DNA of 63,838 bases, the filler included, from Thraustochytrium aureum (lineage: Eukaryota), in assembly GCA_012862495.1 (NCBI GenBank). It is 8 parts of 3 records of this genome, joined end to end, with 100 filler letters (N's around TTAATTAATTAA, not from the genome) between each part and the next. Parts side by side here need not be neighbours in the genome. Positions count along the whole stretch, not along the records: positions 1 to 11,259 come from BLSG01000077.1; positions 11,360 to 23,498 come from BLSG01000077.1; 6 more parts are not named here. One strand, given 5' to 3'. The notes beneath the pieces were generated by a model that saw only the letters and a list, made by a program, of their open reading frames with translations, did no database searches and was not told the DNA's origin. Shown one piece after another: positions 1-11,599 of this stretch; position 1 is the first letter of the stretch; each line of letters begins with the position of its first letter. Both the position numbers and the translations under genes were made by a program.

Positions 1-7
1 TAGGTAT

Positions 8-3000
8 TTACAATCTAGCAGCGCTAGCAGCGTCCTTGATCATGCAGACAGCGACGCGGTCCTTAAACTGCGTCCGATAAACATCCGGGAGCCGCCCAAG
101 CGCCTCGTTGACGCGGCGCGAAAAAGCGCCAGCGTCGCAGACCTCGGCGGCGCTGCGATCCACCCAGGCGCTCGAGCGCTCGAGGTCGGTGCAGTCGGGC
201 TCCGACACCGCGTAGCGCTTCCACGCGTCCAGGAGCCAAAAAAGCCAGTGCGAGTTGTTCTCGCAGGCCTTCCGGTGCCACTCTTCGAGCTGCTTGCGCA
301 CGGCGCTCCTGGCCTCCTCGAGCGCCTTGCTGCCCCCGTGCCGAGGCGGCCGAATTCGGCAAAGACGGCGTGGATGACCTTGTCGGCTTGCGCGGGGCGG
401 CACGTCAGCGAGGTGAAGACCATCGAGAACGGCGCCAGCGAGTTGCGCGACTGCTCGACCCCGATCGTGTAGATGAGGCTCTGGTCAGTCCGCAGGTGCT
501 CGAGCAGCCGGATCTGCGCGACGAGGCAGGCCACCCGCACCTCGAGCTCGGTCTGGAGCTCGCTAGCCGGCGTCCAGCCGTCTCGGATCAGGTGGCCCAA
601 GACCACCTGCGCCTTGTCGTCATCTGCACCAGCGCGCTCCAGATCTGCGTCAGTCTGAAACGCCGCGGCCTGTTCGCCGCTCGGCGCCAAATCAACCTCA
701 GTGGCCACGTCGTCCTCGTCCGCGTCCCCGCCGCTGCCCTTTTGCTCGCACTGCTGCAGGCTCGCGTACGTGAACGTGTTGATCGTCTCAGTCTCGGGAA
801 AGGAGAGTTGCATAGTTCGGGGCAATCGCGTCGGGCCGGCCCAGCGCTTGGACTCTATCCCAGTCGGCTCGAGCATACGGCCCAAGTACCGGTCCAGGAG
901 GTCGCCTAAGCGGTCATGCGAGCCAACGTGGTCGACGGACAGGTCACCGGAGAATACAAAGGTGAACTCGCTGGCAGGGTCTCGCGTGAACGCGTCGTGG
1001 TACAGATCTTGCACGAGCTTGAGCGAGACCTCCGCGAGGGACTGCGCCGAAAAGGTGCGCAGCACAGGCTCGCGCTCTCCAATCATCGTCTGGCGGACTT
1101 GCTCTGCGAACCGAAGGTCGGGCGAGTCACTGCTATCGCCGTTGTCGATGCCGTCGCGCGCGATCCGCAAATGCCGCTCAAACGCGACCCTGTCAAGCTG
1201 CTTGCGCTTGCCAGCTGTGTTGCGCTCCACGCCGAGGAGCGAGGCCACGAGCATCTGAAGGAGGAGCTCGAGCTTGTCTGAGGCGCAAGACCCGCCGATT
1301 CCGCGGTGGAACCAGTGCTGCTGGAATCGGACCGAGCACAGGTGGCTGGACTCGACGCGCGAGAGGCTGAGGTCGTCGAGCATGCCGAGTCCGCTCGCTT
1401 GCACGGTGGCGTTGAGCAGGCTGAACGCCACGTCTTCTTGCTCGCTTAGGGCCGCGCAGCCGCCGAGAGCAAAGGCCTGGAAGGAGACCTTGTTCGGGTG
1501 TACCTTGCTGTTGTCCTTGACGCAGACGCGCAGCCCGTTGCTGAGCTCGTAGCACCTCGCTCCGGCGCGCGGCATCTCGACGCAGGTCCAGGCCCGGTCG
1601 NNNNNNNNNNNNNNNNNNNNNNNNNNNNNNNNNNNNNNNNNNNNNNNNNNNNNNNNNNNNNNNNNNNNNNNNNNNNNNNNNNNNNNNNNNNNNNNNNNNN
1701 NNNNNNNNNNNNNNNNNNNNNNNNNNNNNNNNNNNNNNNNNNNNNNNNNNNNNNNNNNNNNNNNNNNNNNNNNNNNNNNNNNNNNNNNNNNNNNNNNNNN
1801 NNNNNNNNNNNNNNNNNNNNNNNNNNNNNNTCAGCAGCGTCCACGAAGGCCTCGTAGTGCACCGGGAGCAGAGCGCGCCCGATCTCCTCAATCGAGTCCA
1901 GCGGGGGATGAAACGCCCACGGCTTGAGGGCGGTGCTGGTTCCGTACAGTTGCGCCGCTTGGCGCGCGACCTGCTCGAGCGCCGCCTCGTCAAAGGTCCC
2001 GCAGTGCTGGCCCTGGAGCACGATCGCAACATTGGTGGTATCCGAATGGTCGAAGCGAGTGAGTGCCGACAGCGTCTCGCGCGCAAAGCCCCACACGTCA
2101 GCTGCAGAGATCGCGCTCGCGTGCCCGCCGAGGTCCGCGAGGCTTTCGGGGGCATCCAGCATGCCGAGCGCCTGTTCGGCCTCGTCGCGGTAGTTTTGGA
2201 CCGGCATTTCCTCGCGCAGACAGAAATGCTGCACGAGCTCTTCGCAGATCTCACCGCACACCTCGTCGCGCGAGGCAGTGGGCCGCAGCTTGCGACGGAA
2301 CACGTGCCGCCATTTTTGCTTGGCGAACTCGACTTCGTCGGCCGAGACGCCGTGCCGCTCTAGCCTGACGATTTCGCGCACCAGGCATCGCACGACGGCC
2401 TGGATGCGAACGTCCTCGTTGTCGTCCCCTTCCGCGGCAGACCTGTGGCACTGGCCAGATACGGAAGTGCATTCGATGGCGCGGTCGTGAAAGGCGAGGT
2501 GACAGGCCACGCCCGCCGATACCCACGGGCCGTGCGCCTCGCACTCCTCCCCTGACCCACCTTGCGCGCCACGGTCTGCAGCGACAAGGCGCTGAGCGTC
2601 CGGGTCCCGTCCCTGAGAGAGCGGGCGCGAGGACAGCTCGCGGAGGCGGGCCTCAAGCACGCTCGTGAACACGCGCTTGACGACCTCGCGTTTCAGGAAC
2701 GTCGGGCGCGTCTCCGGGCCAAGCGGGAGGTACCCGTAAAACTCGAACGAGACTGTCGTGGACGTCAGGGCCTTTTCTCTGATTACGCAGGCCTCGGGCG
2801 CCCGGAGCGCAAGGCTAATCGGCACGCGGTCTCGCGGGTCGCGTCGCCCCGCGCCCCGGGCAAAGGCTTCGTCCGCGACAGCAGCGAGGCCCTCGGCGCC
2901 GCCGATGGCGCTCAAGTTGCCCACGGCCACGAGCGCCATGCGATCGAGCGTGTAGTGGCGCTCGTAGAAGGCGACGAGGTCCTGGCGCGTGATGGCGCGG

Positions 3001-3677
3001 ATCGAAGCTAAGGTCCCTATCGGAATGCGCGCACCGACGCGCGGGAGCACTCGCTTCCAATACGTGTCTTTGACCCGCTGCGACGGGCCGCGCTTCATCC
3101 GAAACTCCTCCTCGATGACGGCCCTTTCTGCCTCGACGTCTGCTTCGGAAAACCTGATCGAGTGGGCCCATTCGGACAGGACATGCAGGGAGGCGACGAG
3201 GCGCTCGCGGTCCGACGTCGCGTCAGCGGAGGCGCAAGCGCTCCCGCCAGCGGAGGCGGCTTGGCTTTGTCTAGCGCCGCTAGCACGCGCACCATCTGAA
3301 TAGCAGCTGGAGCTTCTGCGAGTGCGGCTTGGCCCAGGTCGCGCACCGCCGGGCCCAGCCGCCACGGGCACGTTCAGCATCCAAATCGTCTCGCACAACC
3401 CGGTCTTGGCATTGAGGTCGGCACCAAACTGGCACCCGAGGCTCTCCACGAACTTGTGCAGCGTGCCGTTCTCGTGTGTCTTGGTCCCCCTGAACCCGCA
3501 GTGCTCGATAAAGTGAGCAATCCCAGTGCGCTCGTCGTCCGCTTCGTCCATCGAGCCGACCCTCACAACAAGCCGCAGCAGGCACGTGGTCGCCCGTTCA
3601 TCATGCGCCCCAAGCAGCGTCAGCCCGCCCCGCAGCACCATCTTCCGCACCCCCGCTGCCGGATCAATCGCCTCCAT
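8..3677 (-). CDS. M16 family zinc peptidase (PqqL-like); internal gap 1601-1830 and apparent frameshift near 335
   Basis: Inverted zinc motif HFIEH in GIAHFIEHCGFRGT, plus FGADLNAKT and VEAERAVIEEEFR. The C-terminal half (YELSNGLRV, LLEHLRTDQSLIYT, NSHWL) is split over ORFs 40..1575 and 8..403. ATG at 3677. Confidence 0.85.
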
Positions 3678-4276
3678 CCTCCCCTCCGCTCGAGTTCCGC
3701 GCCCTCCACAACCACGCAAAACCCCCAGTCAGCCGCCCCTCCGACCCGATCCGATCCGATCCGATCAAACCACGCGAGCGTTCCCGGCCGCCCAGCGCGC
3801 GCGGCCTCTCCGCGCCAGCCAGACCCGCCAGGGCCCGTGCTCGCCGCCCGCCTCCTGCGCCTCTGCCGCGCGTCTCCTCGCGTTGCGGGTCTGCTGCTCG
3901 GCCGCCTCCTCTGCGCCGCCGCCACCACCACCACTCTCCGCTCTCGCTCCACTCTCCTGCCAGCCAGCCAGCCTACCCCCGCGGGGGCATCCGGGAACTA
4001 GCACGCAGGATTCGCCAGATACCCGCATCGCAGAACGCGCGCTGTGCCGCAGGAATGCGCGCCCTCTGGCCGTAACGGTAACGGTGATGCTGGCTGTGGT
4101 CTGGCTGGGTGGAGCGCGGAGAACGAGCGGCCGCGAAACGGGGACCCCGAGGTGACGTGGGAGACGCGGTCGTGCGGGTGGGTTGGAGACGCGCCGAGGG
4201 CAGGGGCAACGCGACGGGACGAACGGGCGTCCATCCGCGCGTCCGTCCGTCTGTCCCGTCTGTCCCGTCTGCCATC

Positions 4277-4320
4277 CTGCCTGCCTCCCTGCCTGCCTGC
4301 CTCCCTCCCTCCCTCTCTGC
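4277..4320. repeat. (CCTG)n/(CCCT)n microsatellite in divergent intergenic region
   Basis: cctgcctgcctccctgcctgcctgcctccctccctccc seen directly. Similar tracts occur at ~34605, ~57359 and ~63681. Confidence 0.8.
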
Positions 4321-5155
4321 CTCCCTTCGTGCAGCGTGGCGCAAGCGGGCGGCCAGCGCCAGGTTGCGGGTTGCGTCGCAGCGCACGAGCGAGCGAGCCT
4401 CGGCGTTGACGCCGCCTGCCTTTTGACGCTTGCGCCCGTGGCGAACGCGCTCCGCTCGCTCGCTCGTCTCGGCCTCGGCCCGCGCCGCGCCGCCGTGGCG
4501 CGCACGAGGCGAGCAGCAGCCCCGACGCGCTTCGGTCGGACAGCTCCCCTGTTGTGAGCGCGAACGGATCGTCGATCGGTCGACGGGGATGGTGGACACA
4601 GGTATGGCCGTTCGCGAGTCCGACGGCACGGCGTACGATGATAGGACAGGGCTCTTCGCTCGCCATGTGGATCGTGGCACTCGGGCTCGTGGCATGCTTG
4701 GCGCAATCAGACACGCACGCACCAGAAGGACCCCGTCGACCAGGCGCTCTACGTCCTCCTCTTCGTGCGCTCGCGACCCACGTACCGCGCTGCCGCTCAG
4801 CTCATGGTGGCCGTGGCGACGCTGGCCTGAGCAGCAAAAGCACGCGCACCAGAAGCATCTCGCTGAGCGAGCACGGCAGCCCGACGCGAAGTGCGCCGGA
4901 GGCTGGCTCTGGCGAGGTGCCGGGAGGCGGCGCTCCACGCGACGGACGGCTCGGGCGGGCGGCGCTGAAGGGCCACAAGGTCCAACACAAAAGCTGTCGA
5001 GCCGCCGCGTGCGCAAGGCAAGCGCGAGCCCCGTCAGTGCCGGCGGGGCACACTGACGAACTGATCGAGATTGCGCCCAGCGCTTGGGCAAGAGACGATT
5101 TTCCCCCAACCCGCCGGCGGAGCGGTGGCGGCCTCAGAACTGAGGCTGAGCTGCA

Positions 5156-7072
5156 ATGGATGCGACCCCTGCCGCCGGTCCCTCAACAGACTCTGATGCG
5201 GCCAAGCCACGGAGGGTTGACCCCGGACGCGCAGAGGCTCTCGAAGTGCAAAGCGATGGCCGCGTAGCCGGCTCGTTTCTGCCCGCGCAGTTCCAAGCTC
5301 GGTACCAGCGCAACAACAAGCGCGGAGGCCTGAAAAACCTGCGGTGCTTCCCCCAGTGTGGCCACCAGCACAAAGAGAGAGGCTTTTGCGGGCGACCCGT
5401 GGTCCTGAGTTTGCGAGGGCTGGCGCAGTCTGAACGAGAGGAATCCGTTTGCTGGGCCCAATTCGTGCCGGTGCAAGACCGCCTCACCCTCGCGCCGGGG
5501 GCAAGAATCCCCCTCGCGTCCATCTTGGAGCTCGAGCGCACCAAGGAACACCCCCTGTTGCCGCTGATGCGAGGAACGCAGCTGGGAGCCGACGCAGTGA
5601 GCAAGTTCGTCAAGCCAGGCGAGCCGGCAGACCTTGGCCCGCGCATGGCATTCTGGGGTTTCAACATGGAGATGAAGGGCTGGCACTATGGCTGGGCCTC
5701 GAACAAGCACAGCTGCGACGCCGAGCACTGCCTGAAAGTGTACGTGTTTCGGCGCGCTGCTGACGGCTCGTGCGACCGCGCAAAGGTCGAGGGGATCAAG
5801 CAAGAGCTATTGGCGATTGGCGCCCCGCTCCCCCACCTGGTCTCCAAGGCCGGCACGGCGCCGAGCGACATCAAGAAGGAGCACCCGGCTGCGGAGAGCG
5901 ACACAAGTTCGCCATGCCAAGACGCTGCCGAAGACGAGACCGCCTCAGCTGGGCCCCAGTCGTCAAGATCGGTCGAGGCCCCCACGCTCAAATTGGAGCG
6001 CGCCGAGCAACCAAATCGAACGGAATCAGCGCCGAAACGGCCAGGTGCAAGAAGGAAAGCGGACGCTCGTCGCGGTGAAGAGTCTTCGGCCCTTGAGATC
6101 GCAGAGATCCTTGGACTCGAGGCCAGTACTGACCCCACCGACGTTGTCCTGGAGTGCCATGCTGTGCTCCAGTCGCCCTCGTTTCAGGTATTTTGTCGCC
6201 GCCGCCGGCGCTTTGAGCTCCTCCCCAGGCCCCCATCGCACAGAAAAAGCCCCCGAAAGGATCGGCCGCAAAAGCGGCGGCCGCTCGCGCCACAGCGGAG
6301 CGCGAGGCGGTCGGTCGCGATGCGACAGGGCGAGGGTCTGCGGCGGCTGCCTGGCCCGCCGCCGTGGAAACAACTTTTGCTACAGAGCGCGCCGCATTGA
6401 ATGCGGAGCTGCATAAGCGTCAAGTTGCTGTGCGAGTGCTCAAGGCGAAAGCTGCGGCTCGCGCTCTCGACCAAAACCAAGAGGTATCGGCGGCTCAGGC
6501 GCAGGTTGATGCAATCAAGCGGCAACTACAAATGCTCGAGGCGCGTCTGAGCAGTGGGGAGCCCGCGGCCGACCGCAAGCGCAAGACGGACCCCGACAAG
6601 CGCAAGTCGAAGGCTGCAGCTCCTGGGGCTGCAAGCGCAGCATCTCGGCGTCCGTCGCGCAGCGGACCAAAGCCATCGTCAAGGACGGTTGGCGTGGAGC
6701 TTGCGCGCGGGCGCTCATTCTCGACGAATGACGCCACCTTGGGCGCGTTCAGCTCGCGCTCTGCCGAGTCGCTTCAACCGAATGGCGGCGACACCGGGGA
6801 TCCTCGGGTCGCGCGGGCTTTTGCACCTTGCGCAAGCCGTCCACCACGCCGAAGAAGGCGTCGGAAGTGCCTCGTCGTCTGGGGCCTCTTCACCCATCAA
6901 TAAGAAGCGCCGGTCGCTTTCCGAGGCGTCAGGCGCCGCGCACGACGAATCTAGCGCGCTCGCGGGAGCTTCACGCGCCACGCCAGGCCCGTCCGACGAA
7001 GACGCAATTGGCTTGTTGCTCGGATTTAGCAGCAAGACCACCGCAGAGCTGGCCGAGGCCCACCGCGCTTGA
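5156..7072 (+). CDS. Uncharacterised putative transcription factor: Cys/His-rich N-terminal domain, coiled coil, basic NLS-like tracts; two apparent frameshifts (~6225, ~6810)
   Basis: Motifs RYQRNNKRGGLKNLRCFPQCGHQHKERGFCG, GWHYGWASNKHSCDAEH and SPSFQVFCRRRRR. Protein-like sequence continues in ORFs 6364..6903 (coiled coil) and 6554..7072. Confidence 0.6.
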
Positions 7073-7204
7073 AGCGACGGCCGTTCACTTTCTCTTGTAA
7101 CGCACGAACACCTTTTGTCATCTCGTATTCACATCTCTATCAACTATTCTGGTCCCCTGCGCGTGTCCGAGCTGCAACTTGATGCTCGCATGCGCGGCGG
7201 CGTA

Positions 7205-8164
7205 TCATGCAGTTGCTGCGAAGCGTTGCCGCTTTGATGCCCGCTGCTGGGCGCCCTCGAGGCTGGCCGAAGCCTTGGGCTGCTTTGCCCACTTGCGGAC
7301 ACGCTCGTTGGTAAACCATGTGCTAACTTGCGAAGGCGAGAGCTCTGCGACACGAGCGAGCTCCTCCTTCTCTGCGTCCGTCGGGTACGGGTGGTTCAGA
7401 TGGCGGTCGAACCAGGCCTTGAGAACCTGCTTTGCCGCCTTGGGAAAGTTGGTGCGGGACTTGGAAACGCCTGCAGCAACAAAGTCGCGCTGGTGCACCC
7501 GCTCGATCTCTGACACGTCGCAAGAGGAGCCAAAGAGCCCGGAAAGGATCATGTTGTCCAGCGCCTGGTCGTACTCGCTGCTGGTCACGTCCGTCGTCGG
7601 TGCCCCGGTGACCACGACGTACAGGAATCGGCGCTTTGCCTGCAGGCGGAGCTGGGTCCAGTCGATCTGCGACTGGAGCATGGCGACCTCGGCGCGGCCG
7701 AATCGCGCTGGGCACGACGCGAGCTGCTCGGCGCAGGCCGCCTCCTGCTCCGCGAGGTCGGCGATGGCGCGTTCTAGGATCGCCACGAAGGCGTCAAGGC
7801 GGTCTTGGTTCACACCGCCTCGCCTGCGCTCGCTGGCAACGAGGCAGCGCAGGTCGCTGTCAAGCTGCTGCTCCTCTGACTCCAGGGGGATGAGCCGCTG
7901 CTTGAGTTTATGGAAAGACGGAAAGCGCACAGCGCTCGTGGGGCTGCGTGGCTCGGCCATCGCTCCGATCCAGTCGTTGAGGTGGCCATCGTCCGGCCGC
8001 TGGCGCTTAACGTGCCGTTCTTGGTCGCTTGCGGCGCATCGGAGCGACCGTGCCGCTTCGATCTCCGCCCCGCTGACCGGAAAGACGATGGGCTCGAAAT
8101 CCTCTGGCCCATTGCAGTCGAAGGCCGGCTCGCTGTAAATAAAGGGAATGTCCGCATACTCCAT
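7205..8164 (-). CDS. TALE-class homeodomain protein
   Basis: C-terminal RTNFPKAAKQVLKAWFDRHLNHPYPTDAEKEELARVAELSPSQVSTWFTNERVRKW, with the TALE HPYP loop and WFxN helix 3. Likely ATG at 8164; the ORF is open to 8470. Confidence 0.88.
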   Translation of the reverse strand: MEYADIPFIYSEPAFDCNGPEDFEPIVFPVSGAEIEAARSLRCAASDQERHVKRQRPDDGHLNDWIGAMAEPRSPTSAVRFPSFHKLKQRLIPLESEEQQLDSDLRCLVASERRRGGVNQDRLDAFVAILERAIADLAEQEAACAEQLASCPARFGRAEVAMLQSQIDWTQLRLQAKRRFLYVVVTGAPTTDVTSSEYDQALDNMILSGLFGSSCDVSEIERVHQRDFVAAGVSKSRTNFPKAAKQVLKAWFDRHLNHPYPTDAEKEELARVAELSPSQVSTWFTNERVRKWAKQPKASASLEGAQQRASKRQRFAATA

Positions 8165-9766
8165 TTTCGCGGGGGATGTGCTTCCTGCAGCAAGAAAGGC
8201 CTTGGAAGTGAGCCTTGTGGCGTCGATCGCGATTCGTGACCGTCTGGCTCGCCTCGGTGTTTGGGTTTTGATGGTATTGCGGTGGACCTCTTGGGGCGGT
8301 TGGATCCGATGGACCATCCGACCCCGCGTGTCAATCGCGTGCGAGAGCACATCGTACGGCTTCCCGTGCAGGTTGCCGCCACAACTGCAGCTGCGGGCAC
8401 GTTCGAGAATCACGAAAGTGTAGATTTTTCGAGCTCCCTCCTCGCGCGCGTCTTGCCGAGACTTGGACATCCATCACTTTTGTCTTGATGTCCAGGCGGG
8501 CGGACCATCCGAGTCAACGCATGCTGCTGCTCGTGCAAGGCGTTCGTTCACGGTCGTCGAGCCTTTTGGCGCGCCTGTCGCTCGAGGTTTTCCTGCCGCC
8601 TCGCGCATGCTGTCCCTGGGTCCTTGAAGTGATCGTTTCCCAGCCTGATGCCGAGGGCGNNNNNNNNNNNNNNNNNNNNNNNNNNNNNNNNNNNNNNNNN
8701 NNNNNNNNNNNNNNNNNNNNNNNNNNNNNNNNNNNNNNNNNNNNNNNNNNNNNNNNNNNNNNNNNNNNNNNNNNNNNNNNNNNNNNNNNNNNNNNNNNNN
8801 NNNNNNNNNNNNNNNNNNNNNNNNNNNNNNNNGCCTCTGCACGGTCCCGTCACCTTCTTGCTCTGTCGCGCGAGTTCACACTTGTTGGCAAGGGGAGCCG
8901 AAACGGGCCACAGTGACCAGGCGGGCAGGGAATGCACTGAACCTCGGCACCGAGCTCTCAGCAGCAGAGTGCTCTTGCTCGCGTTGTGAGATGACCCCTT
9001 TTGGTCCCACCTGTGTACTCCGTCCGCTTTCAAGATGCACAGTCATGATGGACTCTTGTCTCTCATCCATCACCGTGACTGCGAAACAAAACCAAAGAGG
9101 TGGAAGAGGCGATTTTTTTTCAATTGACACTGGAGCAGCTCGGCGTGGCAGTCTCTGGCAGCGCTTGGTGGATTTCGTTGCCGGGGCACGTAGGGGTACA
9201 TGCACTGGTCGGCAACGGGTTTTGGCGGCTGTATGACGCCAGAGTATGCTCTCCTTGCGTCGAGGCAGTATGCTCTCTTGCGTAGAGTCAGGCGGTGGTG
9301 GTCCAAGTGAGTCCAGTTTCCGGCACTCTGCACCAAGCACGAACACAACACAGGGGCCGAGTCCTTGCTCCTCTTTTGAGCAAAGCCGCTCGGGATCTTC
9401 CGTCGCAAGCCCATCGTTTTCAGAGATTCCGCGGCTTCTTGGCGTGCGGAACGGAGCAGGCTTTTTCGCCGCAAAGTGATCGATCGACGAAGTTGAACAC
9501 CTGGTGGTTGGGCATTGGCTCGGTACTGGCAGGATCGCTGGCAGGTTGTCGCATTCCCTTTCCAATGCCGCTTTCGCCATGGCACAGCTCCGACAGCGTC
9601 GAGAGCATGCGCCACTCGCGAAAAGGCCGATATCAAGGCATGCAGGGCCTTCTAAAAAGTCAAACGAGCACGGCGGGCGCACAAGGCTGGCGCACAAAAG
9701 CAAAATGCTGCACTTCGGAGGATTTGTTGCTAATTTTAGTCGGCTTGGCACAGGGCGCCCAGGCGC

Positions 9767-10987
9767 TCAGCTGTAAAAAGCAAACTCGGAGTCGACCTTT
9801 TTTGTGTGGGCCTTGTAGCCCACCTCAAAGTCCTTGGGCAGGATGACGTAGCGGTTGTTGCGCACGGCCTGCATGCCGGCCTCCAGGCAGATGGCCGAGA
9901 TCTCTGCGGCCGAGATCTTTTCGGGGCGGTTTACGTAGTCCTCCAGGTCGACCTCGTCGCTGAGGTTCATCTTGGAAGTGCAAGCTTGGAAGACAAGGCG
10001 CTTCTGGCGCCGGTCTGGGTTGGGGAGCTCGATCTTGCGGTCCAGGCGACCGGGGCGCATAAGCGCCGGGTCGAGCGTGTCGGGGCGGTTGGTCGCCATG
10101 ATCACTTTGACGTTGGTGGTCTGGTCGAAGCCGTCCATCTGATTGAGCAGCTCCAGGAGGATGCGTTGCACCTCGCGGTCGGCGCCCGTCTGCGAGTCGA
10201 AGCGCTTGGTGCCGATCGCATCGATTTCGTCGATAAAGATGATCGCGGGCGAGTTTTCCCGCGCGAGGCGAAACACGTCGCGCACCATGCGCGGCCCCTC
10301 GCCGAGGTACTTTTGCACAAATTCTGAGCCCACCATCTTGATGAACGTAGCTGTGGTCGCGTTGGCGACGGCCTTGGCCAGCATCGTCTTGCCAGTCCCC
10401 GGGGGGCCGTACAGGAGCACCCCGCGCGGGGGGTCGATGCCGATCTGCTTGTACAGGTCGCCCTGCTGCAGCGGGAGCTCGACTGCTTCGCGGAGCTCGG
10501 TCTTTGCCACGTCCAGGCCGCCAATATCGTCGTAGGTGACATCAGGTTTTTCGGTGGCCATCATGCTCTGGATTGAGCTGTCCGCCTCGGGCGGGAGCGC
10601 CTCCACCACGGCATGCGAGTGCCTGTGCAGCGCGGTGGACGAGTTGGGCTTGAGCTCCTCGCGGTCTAGCGTGGAGAGGATACGGACGTAGTACGTCGAC
10701 CCCGCAGTCGAGCTCACTATGCCGTGGTGCTCGTCGATCAGCTCGATAAACTGCCCAATCACGAGCGGCACGGACTGGATCCGCCGCACCTCCTCCTTGG
10801 CGCGCAGCCGCTCGCGCTTGAGATTCTTCATCTCATCCTTGATGTACGACTCCTGAATCTCCGTGAACTCGAGCTGCTGCTCGAGCATCTTCATCCGCTT
10901 GTACAAGTCCTGCTCCTCCTCGGCGCTCGCGCGGCCGTCCTTGCCCACCACCGGAGCGCTCCTCTCCACTTCCATCGCCGTCACCAT
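9767..10987 (-). CDS. RPT3: 26S proteasome AAA-ATPase subunit 6B (Rpt3)
   Basis: [12 protein letters not shown], Walker A GPPGTGKT, Walker [25 protein letters not shown]-terminal HbYX FYS. Confidence 0.97.
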   Translation of the reverse strand: MVTAMEVERSAPVVGKDGRASAEEEQDLYKRMKMLEQQLEFTEIQESYIKDEMKNLKRERLRAKEEVRRIQSVPLVIGQFIELIDEHHGIVSSTAGSTYYVRILSTLDREELKPNSSTALHRHSHAVVEALPPEADSSIQSMMATEKPDVTYDDIGGLDVAKTELREAVELPLQQGDLYKQIGIDPPRGVLLYGPPGTGKTMLAKAVANATTATFIKMVGSEFVQKYLGEGPRMVRDVFRLARENSPAIIFIDEIDAIGTKRFDSQTGADREVQRILLELLNQMDGFDQTTNVKVIMATNRPDTLDPALMRPGRLDRKIELPNPDRRQKRLVFQACTSKMNLSDEVDLEDYVNRPEKISAAEISAICLEAGMQAVRNNRYVILPKDFEVGYKAHTKKVDSEFAFYS

Positions 10988-11259
10988 CCTCCCAGGCCCT
11001 CCTCTCCTCCCTGTCCCTGCCTCCTCCTCCTCCTCCTGCGCCCGCGCCGCAAGCCTCAATACGGCTCTGCCCAACCGTCTGCTGCCCGCGCCCGCCCTCC
11101 TCTCTCCCCTTCTTTCTCTCGTGCGCTTCTTCGCCGGGCTTCCTTCCCGCACCCTAACCCAGACCTAACCCACGATTCGACGAACGAAGCGAGCCCATGG
11201 AAGAGCACTAAGCAAAGAACAAACGAAGCAACGCCAGCCCACTCGTTGATCGACTCCGA

Positions 11260-11359
11260 NNNNNNNNNNNNNNNNNNNNNNNNNNNNNNNNNNNNNNNNN
11301 NNNTTAATTAATTAANNNNNNNNNNNNNNNNNNNNNNNNNNNNNNNNNNNNNNNNNNNN
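11260..11359. other. Artificial scaffold-joining spacer (44N-TTAATTAATTAA-44N)
   Basis: Exactly 100 nt with a six-frame stop 12-mer at 11304-11315. The identical structure occurs seven times in the window. Confidence 0.97.
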
Positions 11360-11599
11360 CCCCTAGGCTTAGGTAGCCAACCACGGTGGATCAAACCAGA
11401 GACCCTCCAGAGCAGCCAAGAGTGCTTTGCAGCCTGCGCCTTGGCCTCGTCACGGCGTCCGTTCCGTTGTGTTGGTGTTCTTTAGCATCCATTTCGGAGA
11501 TGGAGTGCCGGAACGCAAGCCACGGGGTTAGATCCTGCGTCGGCGACTGCCGACGTGCTCAGCGGAGGCTGGCGCGCGCGGAGGCGGGAGCGACGGGCA

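Noticed and set aside
4554..5267. ORF with a signal-peptide-like stretch (MWIVALGLVACLA)
   Set aside because: The remainder is Arg/Ala/Pro-rich GC shadow sequence overlapping the orphan TF start. Probably UTR or promoter.
8876..9751. 291-aa minus-strand ORF between the homeobox and RPT3 genes
   Set aside because: No recognisable domain, atypical composition and no convincing start. It cannot be supported without RNA-seq.
11151..11171. Telomere-like CCCTAA units upstream of RPT3
   Set aside because: Only two imperfect units, internal to a promoter. Not a telomere array.
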